From: Octopus sinensis
Taxonomy: Eukaryota
Direction: 5' to 3'
Assembly: GCF_006345805.1 (NCBI RefSeq)
Contig: NC_042998.1
Location: 170,996,001-171,060,000 of the forward strand
DNA: 64,000 nucleotides
Shown here: in pieces, positions 1-12,178 of the stretch
Position numbering within the stretch: the stretch's first letter is position 1
Layout: every line of letters begins with the position of its first letter
Notes under the pieces: model-generated
Told to the model about the DNA's origin: nothing
Database searches by the model: none
The model's input: only the letters and a program-made list of their open reading frames with translations
Made by a program: the position numbers and the translations under genes

Positions 1-154
1 GTCATTGGGTATGACTCCTTCATGAACTACCTGATTTGCGAAGTGGACGACAAGACCATAACCCACTCCCCCGATAAGTAAATGTATGAAGAAAAAAGAA
101 AAGAAAGAAGATTGAAACCATGTAAACAATTCTCTAGTGACAAATATGCATTAC

Positions 155-225
155 CTGGAATTAATGTACTGGAAAAAGTAAAGCAACAATAATTTTCGTT
201 CCTGTGATGTTAATAAATATTCCAT
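155..225 (-). CDS. GRID2IP: Delphilin-like coding exon 8 (second HHD); gene continues beyond the left edge
   Basis: Acceptor attttcag; MEYLLTSQERKLLLLYFFQYINS resembles delphilin LEHLLTPPER...FFQHR; donor AG|gtaatg, phase 2. Confidence 0.82.
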
Positions 226-537
226 CTGAAAATGTAGATCATGGTTTCATATAAATTCTCTGTTATAGACATCTTACATAATTTATAATTCAGTATTTCC
301 TCTTATAATGATTTATTACATCTATTACATAATACCGTTAGATAAGAGAAATGAAATCCCTATTTTACTTGAAAATATTGATTTCTAACATTGGTTTATT
401 GGCTACAGATTTGTGAGGATACTACAATCAGTTAAATTAGTCCCAGTATTTGAGAGGTGCCTATTTTATCATCACTACAAGATGGAAGACAAAGTTAACT
501 TCAGTGGGATTTGAACTCAGAATGTAAAGCAACATCA

Positions 538-752
538 TTAACCCTTTAGCATTTAAACTGGCAATAACCAGCCCTGTTTTATGTTCAAACTGGGCAGATC
601 TGGCCTTTCACACCTACCTGACAATGTCATTCAAATCATAAACAATCAAATCATTGGAATTTCACAGCTATGAGATAATGCATGATTAATTCAAAACAAT
701 GTGAATTAAAAAGCATTATATTTGACAGAGTAATCTGAATGCTAAAGGTTAA
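538..752. mobile_element. piggyBac-type MITE
   Basis: TTAA-CCCTTTAGCATT ... AATGCTAAAGG-TTAA terminal inverted repeats with TTAA flanks; related end at ~11290. Confidence 0.7.
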
Positions 753-2047
753 TTACCACAATGGATTAAGGCAAACAAAATAATAAATAAGGTGATCTGT
801 TTTCCTTGAAAGCTGTGAACAAACACTAGCCATTGTTCCAAAATTTCTGTCTATATACTGAATATTTTGGTTGTTTCAAGATCTCTGATGTTACTCTCTC
901 AAGATAGTAATGTGTAACACAAATAAAAGGAAACATCAAGCTTTAATATTTTTAAAATCTGAGTTCAAATCTCACTGAAGTTCACACTGCCCCCCATTCT
1001 TCTACATCAGATAAAATAAGTATTATAAGTATGTGTCTAAAATGTCTGACAACAACAACAAAGGGGATAACTCCAATAAGATCAGTTGATTGAAATTTCT
1101 GGATAATATAGATAATGCAGAATGGAATGGATTTCATCTTTGAAACCAACTAGATGAATACTATAGTAAATTACCTTTTCACGATATATTTATATTAAGC
1201 ATGGTACATAGATAGCTAGAGGTTTAAGGTTTGAAATTTGGGAGAGTCTGTTAGTTGATTATATTGACTCCAATACATGACTAGTACTTTATCTTATAGA
1301 CTTGTCCCCTTCCCCAAAAGAGTGCGATTTAAACTCAGAACATAATGAACTAGAGAGCCAGAACAATTACTCTGAGGCTTTTTGTCCAACACTTTATTGA
1401 TACTGCAGTCACCATCCTTACAATATTTCTTATAATAATAACCTATAAATAATATAAAACAAGATAAAATAAACAAATTACAATACTAAAATAAGAATGC
1501 TCCAGTTTGGCCATAACTTCATGGCTTACAACATGTACCTTATGTTGCTGATATTGCCAAATTGAACAATATAGTCAGAAAGTGTCAAAATTGCAATGAC
1601 ATTTGGTTGACAACTGAGTAGAGATTGAGCTTATTTGTATTGTGCATTTTTACATGTCCCCATATATTCCTTTGTCATCCCGTTGTGACACATTTTTCAT
1701 TACAACATATAGTTATGGTCGAGATCAACTAAAGTTTTGTGAGTAACATTGGGTATACAGAAACTGTGTGAGAAAGACTGTCTTTCTTAATACCATTCTT
1801 CTTCATAGGTTGTAGACTTAATCCCTTGCCAGGTTTAATACCATCACCTGACCCATAGGTCCCAACCTTTAGAGAAGTTATCCTGTTGCAAATATTCAGA
1901 TCAGGTCTGAGAATAACTTCCTTTCTTCCTCCCTTTCTCCCACTCTTCTCAAGGGTTTTGATAAAGGCCATAGCTATTGATCTTCCTCCTATAATTACGT
2001 CATCGAAATAAGAAGGAAAATGAACAACAAATATAATTCACAAATAC

Positions 2048-2172
2048 CTTCTGTTTGAATGTGAATCCTTCGCTGTCTTTATAAGAACTGAAATCTTCAA
2101 CTATCCAATCAAAAGATTCTTCGTTGGTGTTTGCAATGAAATTAGTTGTTTCAAATAAAGAGTTCACCTGAA
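2048..2172 (-). CDS. GRID2IP: Delphilin-like coding exon 7
   Basis: Acceptor ctttctag, phase 1; F-QVNSLFETTNFIANTNEESFDWIVEDFSSYKDSEGFTFKQK resembles delphilin WVAE...GRTFSQQ; donor AAG|gtattt, phase 0. Confidence 0.8.
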
Positions 2173-3208
2173 CTAGAAAGTCGAGTAAAAAAAAAAAAGA
2201 AATGAAAAAAAAAGATGGTATTAATGTGAAAATATATGTAATGCAGCATTAGTACCACTAATGACTTATCTGCTATATATGGATAACTTCAAACTGTGCC
2301 AAAATGAAAATGATCTCAATTTTCATGTTCAGACAGTAAAGATGCATAGCAAGAATGCTGATATGCATTTATAGTGAATAAGCATGTAATATTGATTATG
2401 AAGACAGGTCAAAGGATTAAGACAGATAGGATAAAGACACGATAAGATGATATCATCAGATCTTGGAAAGAGAATGAGTGAGTATCACTGGGTGATAAAT
2501 AAATCTGGTTATGGTTGAGAGATGGAAACCTTGGAAAGAGAATCTGTATCACTGATTATAACCATTCAGGAATAAGTCATGAGAATGGATTTGAAAAGAA
2601 AAAAATATCAATGAAACTCAGCCAGACACCAAATACAGAACATGTGGAAAAGTATTTACAATCTGCTCAGAAAATGCAGAAATCTAGCATAAAAATAGTA
2701 TAAATGCAAGAAAGATTGGTTTGGTAAAATTGGAATGTTAGTTGAGTTTGTGATTTTGAAGTGATAGTAAAGTAGTATGCACATGTTTTGAGACATGTAA
2801 AGTGCAAAGTAGTAGAAGAAGGATAAAGGAAGAGGCTTACTAAGAGAAAGAGGAGGTAAAGAAAGAAATAGATGTAAAAGAGGATGTAGTCAAGAGATAG
2901 TAAAATATGAGGGGGTAAACAGAGAAGGAAGAAAAGAGGGAGAAGAAAGTAGAGGAAGATGGAAGAATAAAAAAGGAAATGAATTATGTTGCAATGAAAT
3001 TAAGGGAGAAAGAAAGAAAAGAAGAATCTAAAAGAAGTTGAAAAAGGAGGAGGAAGAGAAGAAGAAGGAGCAAGGGAGAAGAAGAAGGAGGAGAAGGAAA
3101 AGAAGTAGAAAGAGAAGAAATAGTGGTATCAGTAGTAACAGCATTAATGAAGTTTAAAGAAACAGATTCTGACAGCAGAAGAATGGAATGAGAAACTGTA
3201 ATAATTAC

Positions 3209-3303
3209 ATTTTCCAGCCATCTTTGGGTGTCGTTCAATTTGTAGCAGAGGGGCTGGACCACATTTTTTAAGAATCTTTACCACTTGTTCATGAGTCATG
3301 TTT
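3209..3303 (-). CDS. GRID2IP: Delphilin-like coding exon 6 (PDZ3 alphaB helix; not in ORF track in this frame)
   Basis: Acceptor gtctttctag; R-NMTHEQVVKILKKCGPAPLLQIERHPKMAGK matches the PDZ HxxVVxxL motif; donor T|gtaatt, phase 1. Confidence 0.85.
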
Positions 3304-3644
3304 CTAGAAAGACACACATTTATAACTAGACTATATAGATTGTATAATAATAGATTGTATAATAATTTGTATTGTAGTGAATAAATTAATAATGCAGTAA
3401 ATAAATGATGTAGAATACATTATTTGTCTTAACTGGTGACTTTTTCTCATGATTCGAGTTTCATATCACTTTGATCTTCAGGAGAGAACTATTTTCTTTC
3501 ACATTTTTGTGCCCATGGGAGTGAGTTTGTTCATTTATGTTTGACTAATCATTTCCATTGGTGATTCTTAATATTGTTTTATGTTTTCATGTTTCACTAT
3601 TCTCTTTTGGGGAACCTTGTATCAGAATTTAAGAACAGCACTGC

Positions 3645-4030
3645 AGGCGTCGCTGAGTGGTAAGAATCTTGCTTCTCAACCGCATGATTCCTGGTTCAGT
3701 CCCATTGTGTGGCACCTTGGGCAAGTGTCTTCTACTATAGTCACGGACCAACTAAGGTCTTGTGAGTGGATTTGGTAGATGGAAACTGAAAGAAGCCTGT
3801 TGTGTGTATGTGTGTGTCTTTGTGTCTTTGTGTCTGTGTTTGTCCTTCCATCACTTGACAACCAGTGTTGGTGTGTTTACATCCTAGTAACTTAGCGGTA
3901 CAGCTAAAGAGACCAACAGAATAAGAACCAGGCTTAAAAATAAGTCCTGGGGTTGATTTGTTCAACTAAAACCCTTTATGGTAGTGCTCCAGCATGCCCG
4001 CAGTCAAATGACTGAAGCAAGTAAAAGAGT
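3645..4030 (+). mobile_element. tRNA-derived SINE, family A. Other copies: ~27980-28455 (-), 29200-29625 (-), 35455-35878 (+), 41443-41860 (-), 42462-42870 (+), 62290-62670 (+)
   Basis: A box and B box (GGTTCAGTCCC) head, conserved body, internal (TG)n and (AAAGAGT)n tail; many similar copies in the window. Confidence 0.85.
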
Positions 4031-4279
4031 AAGATAACTAATTATGCAGAGCTGTTATAATTTTCATTAATAACAAATGTTTCTATTGTCTCAATCTATA
4101 GCTTTACTTCATTTCTGTAACCACTTTTGTAAATACAGATCTATTTGTGTCAATGTGAACCTCTCCATGATCATTAGACCCAGTGAAAATAGCTAGACAA
4201 ATTGAATGATTATCGTTGTTGTTGTTGTTGTCATCATCATAATCATCATCATCGTCATCAACATTGTTGTCATCATTGT

Positions 4280-4712
4280 CATCATTTAATGCCTACTTTT
4301 CAAAGCTTGCATAGATCAGACAAAATTTGTTGAGCAAGATTTTCCATGACCAGATACCCTTGTTGTTACCAATCCCGACCTATTTCCTTGCAAGGTAATA
4401 TTTCCCATGGCCAAACATGTTTTCCATGGAAGACTGAAAATGTGCAATTTTGATGACGATGCTCATTCACATCCATCATATGATGTCCAGACAATGACAC
4501 ATACACACACACACACACATGCACACACGCACACACGCGCGCACACACACAATTTTTTTTTTAGCTTCTGTCTACCAAATCCATTTATAAAGTTTTAGTC
4601 AGTCCAGATCTACCAGTAGAAGAAACTTGCCCAAGGTGCTGCACAATGGGATAGAACCCAAGAACACATGGTTGGGAAACAGGCTTCCTAACCTCACAGT
4701 CAAGCCTGCACC
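4280..4712 (-). mobile_element. SINE with family-A head and RTE-like (GAT)n tail (also ~27350-27760, ~63030-63350)
   Basis: Same tRNA head and body as family A, but the 3' part resembles the RTE 3'UTR terminus ending in (GAT)n. Confidence 0.6.
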
Positions 4713-4811
4713 TGTGTACTTCTAAATATATTATGCCTGAAAGTAAGTTAAGTTTCCTCCTACAGGTCTAAGCCTGGGCACCGCAATGACGACACCCCCT
4801 CCCCCCCAACA

Positions 4812-5222
4812 GCGTGGAGGTGCAATGGCCCAGTGGTTAGGGCAGCGGACTCGAGGTCGGAAGATCACGGTTTCGATTCCCAGACTGGGCGTTGTGTGTG
4901 TTTATTGAGCGAAAACACCTAAAGCTTCATGAGGCTCCGGCAGGGGGTGGTGGCGACCCCTGATGTACTCTTTCGCTCCAACTTTCTCTCACTTTTTCTT
5001 CCTGTTTCTTGTCCCCGACTTCCTACGTAACCGCTGAGCCTGGATGCACATTCATCCATCCGTCAATGCTCTCGGTGTCGGGGGTAGACCAGCTTTCTCT
5101 TCTGCAGGTGTTATGAATAGCAAAGGACCACATTTCGGACTTCTCCCACTACAGACAATCTTGAGGCACGATCTTGCGAGCTCTGGGACGAAGATTACTT
5201 CGCTCAACAAACAAACAAACAA
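4812..5222 (+). mobile_element. tRNA-derived SINE with (AAAC)n tail; related heads at ~8356 and ~49973
   Basis: A box TGGCCCAGTGG and B box GGTTTCGATTCCC; no acceptor stem or terminator of a true tRNA. Confidence 0.65.
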
Positions 5223-5420
5223 AGCCACCACCAACAACAACAGACACTGACAATGACAACAACAGCAATGCATATATTCAGCAAAAGAGACTGATAGAAT
5301 AAGTACCAGGCTTACAAAGAATAAGTCCCAGGGTCGATTTGCTCAACTAAAGGCAGTGCTCTAGCATGGCCACTGTCAAATGACTGAAACAAGTAAAAGA
5401 GTATATCTTATTTTACTCAC

Positions 5421-5576
5421 CTTGTATCAATGTCATTAATCTCCATGATAAAGTCTCCAGGTAAAATACCAGCAGTTTCAGCTGGTCCTCCAGGGTCCAA
5501 CCATTCTACATGAACTGGCCCACTCCCTTTTATCACAAATCCTAGTGGGTTGTTTGCACAAGTTATTCGTAAGTTT
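5421..5576 (-). CDS. GRID2IP: Delphilin-like coding exon 5 (N-part of PDZ3)
   Basis: Acceptor ctttctcttgctgacag; NLRITCANNPLGFVIKGSGPVHVEWLDPGGPAETAGILPGDFIMEINDIDT is a canonical PDZ; donor AG|gtgagt, phase 2. Confidence 0.88.
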
Positions 5577-6164
5577 CTGTCAGCAAGAGAAAGATAACAT
5601 TTTAGGACATCAAATGCTACAAAAAGTAACTCTTTATTTAACACAATATGACACAATACCTGTAGTCTTTTGTGGAAAATAATTAAAAGAAAGCAGAACA
5701 CACACATTAGACACAGGTGTAGCTGTGTAGTTAAGAAGCTTACTCATGTTCAGTTTCACTGCATAGCACCTTGGGTATGTGCCCTGGGCAGATCAAAGTC
5801 TTGTGAGAGGATTTAGTCGATGAAAACTAAAAAAAGCCTGTTTTGTGTGTGTGTGTGAATCTGTGTGCATACATATATACATACATGCATATAGGCATAC
5901 ACATGTACATACACATATATATATATTCTTTCTTCTATTCTTTTATTTGTTTCAGTGATTTGACTGTGGCCTTGCTGGAGCAGCACCTTTAGTTGTTGTT
6001 CAAAAAAAGTTCATTTCTATGTTTTGTTTTTATGTTTTCGTTTCTCATTGTGTTCAAGGTTTTTTTTATGTCTTGTACCCATACATGCATGTATATATAC
6101 ATATTATATGTAGGTATGTACATATATGTGTGTATATATGCATTTATTTATATATTATTTATAT

Positions 6165-6286
<122 letters not shown>

Positions 6287-6292
6287 TATATA

Positions 6293-7040
6293 CAGGGTGT
6301 GATGGGTAAATTGTCACCATTTAATATTTTTAATTTTGCACATGTGCATCGTTTGTTTTTAATTTTGTCGACTACACAGTATAGTAGGGTCAGTTGGGCA
6401 CCATCTGTGAGAAAAACAGCATCATGATGCAATTCACTTTGCTAGAAATTTGGAAAGGACATAGTGTTTGGAGTGATCACTAGTGATGGTGACGTTATAC
6501 TGTCATTCATTTTCCCACATGGCCTCACACTCAACATGGAGGCCTACATCAAGTGACTGGAGGAGGTAGTGCTGCCTTGGGTCAAGAGGGTGGCTGTTGG
6601 AAGACCCTATGTCTGGCAACAAGACTGCACCATGTCACACAAGCAGGAGAACCCAGTCATCACTGTCAGTCAATTTCTGCAACTACATCACCCCTAACAT
6701 CTGGCCACCTAACTCCCCAGACTGCAACCTCCTTGATTATTATGTGTGGGGTGCAATTGAGTGAGAGACCAACAAAACTCCTAGTAACACCAAAGATGAA
6801 CTAAAGGCAAGGATTATGGCAGCATTCACAAACTTAAACAAGGAGACTGTCCAGAAGAGTTGCAGGAGATTATGAAGTTGTCTGGAGGCTGTGGATAAAA
6901 CTAATGGTGATTTTATTGAATAAATTTACCCTTTAGTATTTCAAGATATTTTAATATAATTTTGATAAATATATCTGTTAAAATGAGATGTCAGTATTAT
7001 TTTTGTATAATTTAGATGACAGTTCATTCACCACACCCTG
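6293..7040 (+). mobile_element. Tc1/mariner-superfamily DNA transposon (maT/DD37D-like), defective
   Basis: TIRs CAGGGTGTGATGGGTAAATTGTC / GACAGTTCATTCACCACACCCTG, TA flanks; decayed motifs YVWQQD..PCH and WPPNSPDCNLLDYYVWGAIE. Confidence 0.8.
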
Positions 7041-7100
7041 TATGTGTATGTGTGTGTGTGTGTGTATACATACATACACACACACATACACATACATACA

Positions 7101-7136
<36 letters not shown>

Positions 7137-7714
7137 TAATATATGAAATACAAAATACAAAATTACATCTTGAGATTGCTAGTAATAACAATACTCAAAA
7201 TATAAAACAGACTGGAGTTGTAGTGCTCCAAATGAGCTATATTCCACTTATTAATCTGAGTGGAGGCAATGCGAGCAGTACTTAAAAGTACCTTTCGGTA
7301 CTGCTTGCATTGCCTCCAATCAGATTAATAAGTATATTATAGATGTACATAACATGTGTGTATATATATATATATATATTGTGGCATTGTTTTACAGCAT
7401 TTCTGTTACTAATCCTTAACTACTTTTGCATGTCTTTTTAAAGCATGAAGCCAGCTGAGGATTTGTTAACAGAAAGCAACATCTACAATACTTGTATCTT
7501 GGGATTTTTGTAGAGTGCAAAAGGCCTGAGCCCCAAACCGTGTGGTTGGGAAACAAACTTCCCACCAATCAAGCAATCATGTTTGCACCTCTGAAAGATA
7601 TATAATAAGATGAAATAAAAAGACCAAAGCCTAGAATGTCAATGGATATGTGGCAGATGTGTAAAAAAAAAGGTTTACTAAAAGAAATAGATTCTTTTAT
7701 CTTGCAGTACTTAC

Positions 7715-7828
7715 AAGATGATGTGTTTTTTACTTGGGGAGTACATTTGGTGGGAGCAGTTACAGTAAAGATATTTTTTTTTCATTAATGGTTCAAATAT
7801 TTCATGCTGTTCAGTTGGAATGAATGGC
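7715..7828 (-). CDS. GRID2IP: Delphilin-like coding exon 4 (not in ORF track)
   Basis: Acceptor ttttctttcag|G completes TGG; W-PFIPTEQHEIFEPLMKKKYLYCNCSHQMYSPSKKHII; donor TT|gtaagt, phase 2. Skipping it would create a TGA at the 9419/5576 junction. Confidence 0.8.
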
Positions 7829-9418
7829 CTGAAAGAAAATTGATGAATAAATAAAGTGATCTTCCAACCTTTTATTTAAAAAAAATAATATAACAAAAGA
7901 AATGATGAATTTTGTACAATGTTCTTATGCTATGTCTCTATTGACCTATGGATTTGTCTCATATTTATAATAGACTAATATTGGAAATATCTTAAATTCT
8001 TAGAAAATAAATAAGCTAAAATGGGATTAAATATCAATGTGAAAAATCTAAAATAATATTAGTTTGGGCTAAGGTGGCAAGCTGGCAGAATTGTCAGCAT
8101 TCCGAGCAAAATGCTATGTGGCATTTTGTTCAATTTTTTGCATTTTGAGTTCAAATTCCAGAGGTTGACTTTGCCTTTCATACTTTTGGGGTCAATAAAA
8201 TAAATACCAGCTGGGTTGATGTGATCAACTAAACCCCTTTCTTGAAAATGTGCTAAAATTTGAAACCAATATTAGCTGGGGATTAATATTTCTTTCATCA
8301 ATAAATATGGGAGATAATTCTGAATGTTTCCCCCTATTAGGGGATTACTAATGAAGGCATGTGGCCTAGTGGTTAGGGTGTTAAGCTCATAATCACAAGA
8401 TTGTGGTTTCGATTCCTAGACTAGGTAGTGTATTGTGTTCCTGAGCAAACCACCTCATTTCCAATTGTTCTTTTATCACTTAACTGCCTGACTTGTGGCA
8501 TACTGTGTACCTGTACAGGTAACGTCAGTTTGATGGCAGGAGTGAGCCAATGCACAGCACAAACATTTTATCTTTGTAAACAAATCTTTGTTTGCTGTTC
8601 AGTAAAATGTTGTGGAACCCTGATCTGTCATTTACAACAGGAAAGTTCACCACTACTACCAGTGAAAATAACATTTTGTCAAACCTGGCTTGTAAATCAT
8701 TAAGTAAATATTCAGAAATGTTCTCTCCCTTCACCCAATCTCCTTTATAGCACTTTCTTTTCCTCTCATCACACTGCTCAGGCCGTTTTCTTTTCAATAT
8801 CATTACCAACAACAATTATGTATCTTCTCTCTCTCTTTTCCATTACTATTCCTTCTGTAACCATCTTGCTCCTATTTTGTCTATTAGCCTCACTTCTGCC
8901 ATCTGTGTGACCTTGAATGAGTGGTGATAATGTAGGTGGTAGAAAAGACTCTTTAGTTTTGCTAGGGACAAGGTAACATCTCTAGTGCTCTTGGTCCCAT
9001 CATCCTGATAAAGTACACTTAGTGCAGGTTATAAAGTGGTTGGCAATAAAAGGTCTTCCAGCCATAGAACTATGCCAAGAATGGAACATACAAGTAAGAC
9101 ATGATCTCTGGTCTATTTAATATGGCAGTAATTCCAAATAAGATCTGACTGGCACCATGAAGACCCATCCAGCCAATCAGGAAGGAAAAACAAGCGCAAA
9201 ACAATGATGATTAGTTGAGGTTGACATAAAAGTGTCTCAAACTGGATGTTTAAAAGGAATTTTTTCTAGGGATATAAACTTTCAAGTACTCTTTCTTTTT
9301 GTGAATGCTGGTCTCCAGTTAAAAAAAAATTAAATTAAATTGAAGACAGTCCAATGATTGTAATCAGTGAAAACAAAAGGTGGGGAAGAATGAACAAATG
9401 AAAGAATAAAGAAATTAC

Positions 9419-9573
9419 CAAAGGTATTTCAAGAACTTCCGTTCATGAGGTTTCTTCAGCTTACTGTCCAATGTGATGCACAACTTAAAAATATCCCCAT
9501 CTCCAGAGTAATCCTTTAGAATGCTTGCTAACTCCAGCTTTTTTTTCATGTCATCTTCAAAAAATTTGCTCAA
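9419..9573 (-). CDS. GRID2IP: Delphilin-like coding exon 3 (harmonin-homology-like helical domain)
   Basis: Acceptor atttcag, phase 0; LSKFFEDDMKKKLELASILKDYSGDGDIFKLCITLDSKLKKPHERKFLKYL; donor TG|gtaatt, phase 2. Confidence 0.8.
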
Positions 9574-9583
9574 CTGAAATAAC

Positions 9584-9622
<39 letters not shown>

Positions 9623-9716
9623 GATAATAATAACGATAATAATAATGATAATAACAATGATAATGATAATGATAATAATGATAATGATAATAATAATAAT
9701 GATAATAATAATGATG

Positions 9717-9764
<48 letters not shown>

Positions 9765-9769
<5 letters not shown>

Positions 9770-10055
9770 CAATAAAGTTTGCTTATTGATCGACATGAGC
9801 ATCCCCTGTGATCATAATATTTCAGCGAAAGAGTTTGACAAGCTCAGAAAATATAAAGACCTACTCATTGAAATTGAGAAAATGTGGCATCTCAAGGCGG
9901 TTACAATACCAGTGATCGTAGGAGCACTAGGAATGATCAAGAAGGGAACCGAAAATTATATGAGAATGATCCTTGGCTTACCATCCCTGCAAGAAGTGCA
10001 AAAGATTGTCTTAACTGGTACATCACACGTATTGAGAAGAGCATTGTCGATGTGA
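9765..10055 (+). mobile_element. 5'-truncated R4/Dong-like non-LTR element (restriction-like endonuclease C-terminus) following an (AAT)n array
   Basis: CLLIDMSIPCDHNISAKEFDKLRKYKDL...VTIPVIVGALG motif; closely similar to 52897-53175. Confidence 0.8.
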
Positions 10056-10795
10056 GAACTGTTGCTGCTCATGGTGTTTGATCAGAGAATAATGATGGAT
10101 GAGAATTAATTCTGTAATACAATCATTTTATTGTTTGTGTCCTAAATTGAATTCCAACTGTTGGACAATTTGTCCCAAAGTTCTTATCTCAATGTAAAAT
10201 TGCTGAAGTAAATGTCATTTATCTCCCCTTGATCTCTAATGTCATCTGACAAACATCAAGCAAAATGACATGAATCAGCCAAAATTTACCTGCTAGAAAT
10301 AGTCACCCAAATGCTTTTAACTCAGATCCCAATCTTTGATGCTCAAGAACCAAATGAAAGGCAGATCCTGATTCCAAAAAGGTATAATATGTCTATGTAG
10401 AGCAAATTTAGATTGAGATACAGGGGTCCTGGATGAACAGACAGAACTTTGCATTTATTAATATAGATATGAGCAAAGCATGTAAAAGCTTTCCTTTGAT
10501 TCCCCGGTTGGTAACTAGTTTTGAACAACTGCAGGGAAAGCAGGGAAGGGTCCAGAAGGATGACAGATTAAGTACAGTGGTTTGGTGGGGCTTGGATATT
10601 GACACATACATACATGCAGATGTATGTATGTATGTATGTATGTATGTATGTATGTATGTATGTATGTATGTATGTATGTATGTATGTATAATTGTATAAT
10701 TGTAAAATAAAAATTGAGTTAATTTCTTTAATAAATACATAAATACAGAATTAAGAATGAGACAGGTTTGAAATTTTGAAATGTGAATTTTTTAC

Positions 10796-10977
10796 CTTAG
10801 AAAATAGTTTTACTGAAGATTTTATTTGTGGGCCTTGCAATAAAGGTTGGTGTTCCTCACCTCGTTCACCAGTTGGAATCACTGATAAAGTCACATGATC
10901 ATTTTCAGTAATAAGCTCCCAAGTGTTGCCCTTAATTTTTGTCAAAGGCTTATTATTTGCAGCCACAATAATGTCAC
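10796..10977 (-). CDS. GRID2IP: Delphilin-like coding exon 2 (C-half of PDZ2)
   Basis: Acceptor ttcctgtttttag|GT completes Gly in phase 1 (GLRKG-DIIVAANNKPL). Donor AAG|gtaaa, phase 0. Confidence 0.85.
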
Positions 10978-12010
10978 CTAAAAACAGGAAAAAATATTTG
11001 CAGCAATATCCATTATACACATTGTGTCCTTGATAACAGTGGAAAATTTCAAAGTACCCCAGTCTACTCAGCTGAAAATGAGAACCACACTAGTGCTGAC
11101 ACAGCCCCCTCTCTCTGCCTCTCTCACTGCCTCTCTCTCTCCCGCCCCACCCTCTCTCTTTCAGATTCTCTATGTTCTGCTGGGTATGAAGGCCAAAAAT
11201 GTCTATATATATGTTTTTTACTAAAACAATTAGTGAAAGCATCATACATACAACCAAGTCATATTTGCTGCCAGTATGATGACTATGGCTTAACTCTTTA
11301 GCATTCAGATTTCTGTGTCAAATGTAATGGTTATTTTTTTCATTTCATTTCATCTAGTTTCAGCTCATGAGCTGTGGCCATGCTGGAGCATCGCCATTTA
11401 TTCACATTGTTTTCACCTCTTCCAATGCTCCCCTCCCTTCTCAAAGGATCTTCGTTTTACAAGTTATTTGGTGACCCTGCCAGTGCTGGTGCCACGCAAA
11501 AAGCATCCAGTCCTCACAGTAAAGTGGTTGGCATTTGGAAGGGCCTCCAGCCATAAAAACCATGCCAGAACAGACACAAAAGTCTGGTGCAGTCTTCTAC
11601 CTGACCAGCTCTTGTCAAACCATGAAATTTATTAAATGGAAACTGTGTGGAAACTCATCAAAGGGACTGTTGATGGAAGGTAGATTTAATCTATCACCTG
11701 GCTTAACACTACCGCCTTGCGCTTAGGTACCTTTAACAGAATTCACGTATTTTGTAAGACTTTAGGCCAGGTCTTTGGTCTGCAGATAACTTTCTCTCTT
11801 CTGCTAACCTCTTAGCTGGTTGTCCACTTCTCTTTTGATTAAACTTCATCAGTTATGTTCATCACTAAACACATTACTTTCCTACAAATCTATACATTTA
11901 TATGTATGTATATATATAATATATATATAATTTCAAAATGTGACCGCGTGTGTACCGTTGGCAATTTTTTTTCCTCTGTCTTCCCTTCTCTGGATCTTTC
12001 CTTCTCCTAT

Positions 12011-12045
12011 GTTTCCGACGAAGAGCTCCGCTCGAAACGTTAAAC
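12011..12045 (+). ncRNA. Minimal type-I hammerhead-ribozyme-like motif in a Penelope-like repeat (~11930-12140)
   Basis: GTTT-CCGACGA-A-GAGC(TCC)GCTC-GAAA-CG-TT-AAAC: stem I, variant core, stem II, GAAA and palindromic ACGT. Confidence 0.5.
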
Positions 12046-12142
12046 CCTCCTTCTTTCCTTCTTTCCTGAGCGTCCAATAATACTATATTTGTTCCACATC
12101 CTCGCGTTGTGTTTTTTTGTGCTTTCTTGTTTGGATTAACTA

Positions 12143-12178
<36 letters not shown>

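Noticed and set aside
1294-1971. Two minus-strand intronic ORFs (60 and 80 aa) as extra exons
   Set aside because: Exons 2048-2172 and 155-225 join in frame with continuous homology, and these ORFs show no recognisable motif. An alternative terminal exon cannot be fully excluded.
4812-4890. tRNA gene
   Set aside because: A/B boxes are present but there is no acceptor stem, and it runs into a SINE body; the same applies to the other tRNA-like heads.
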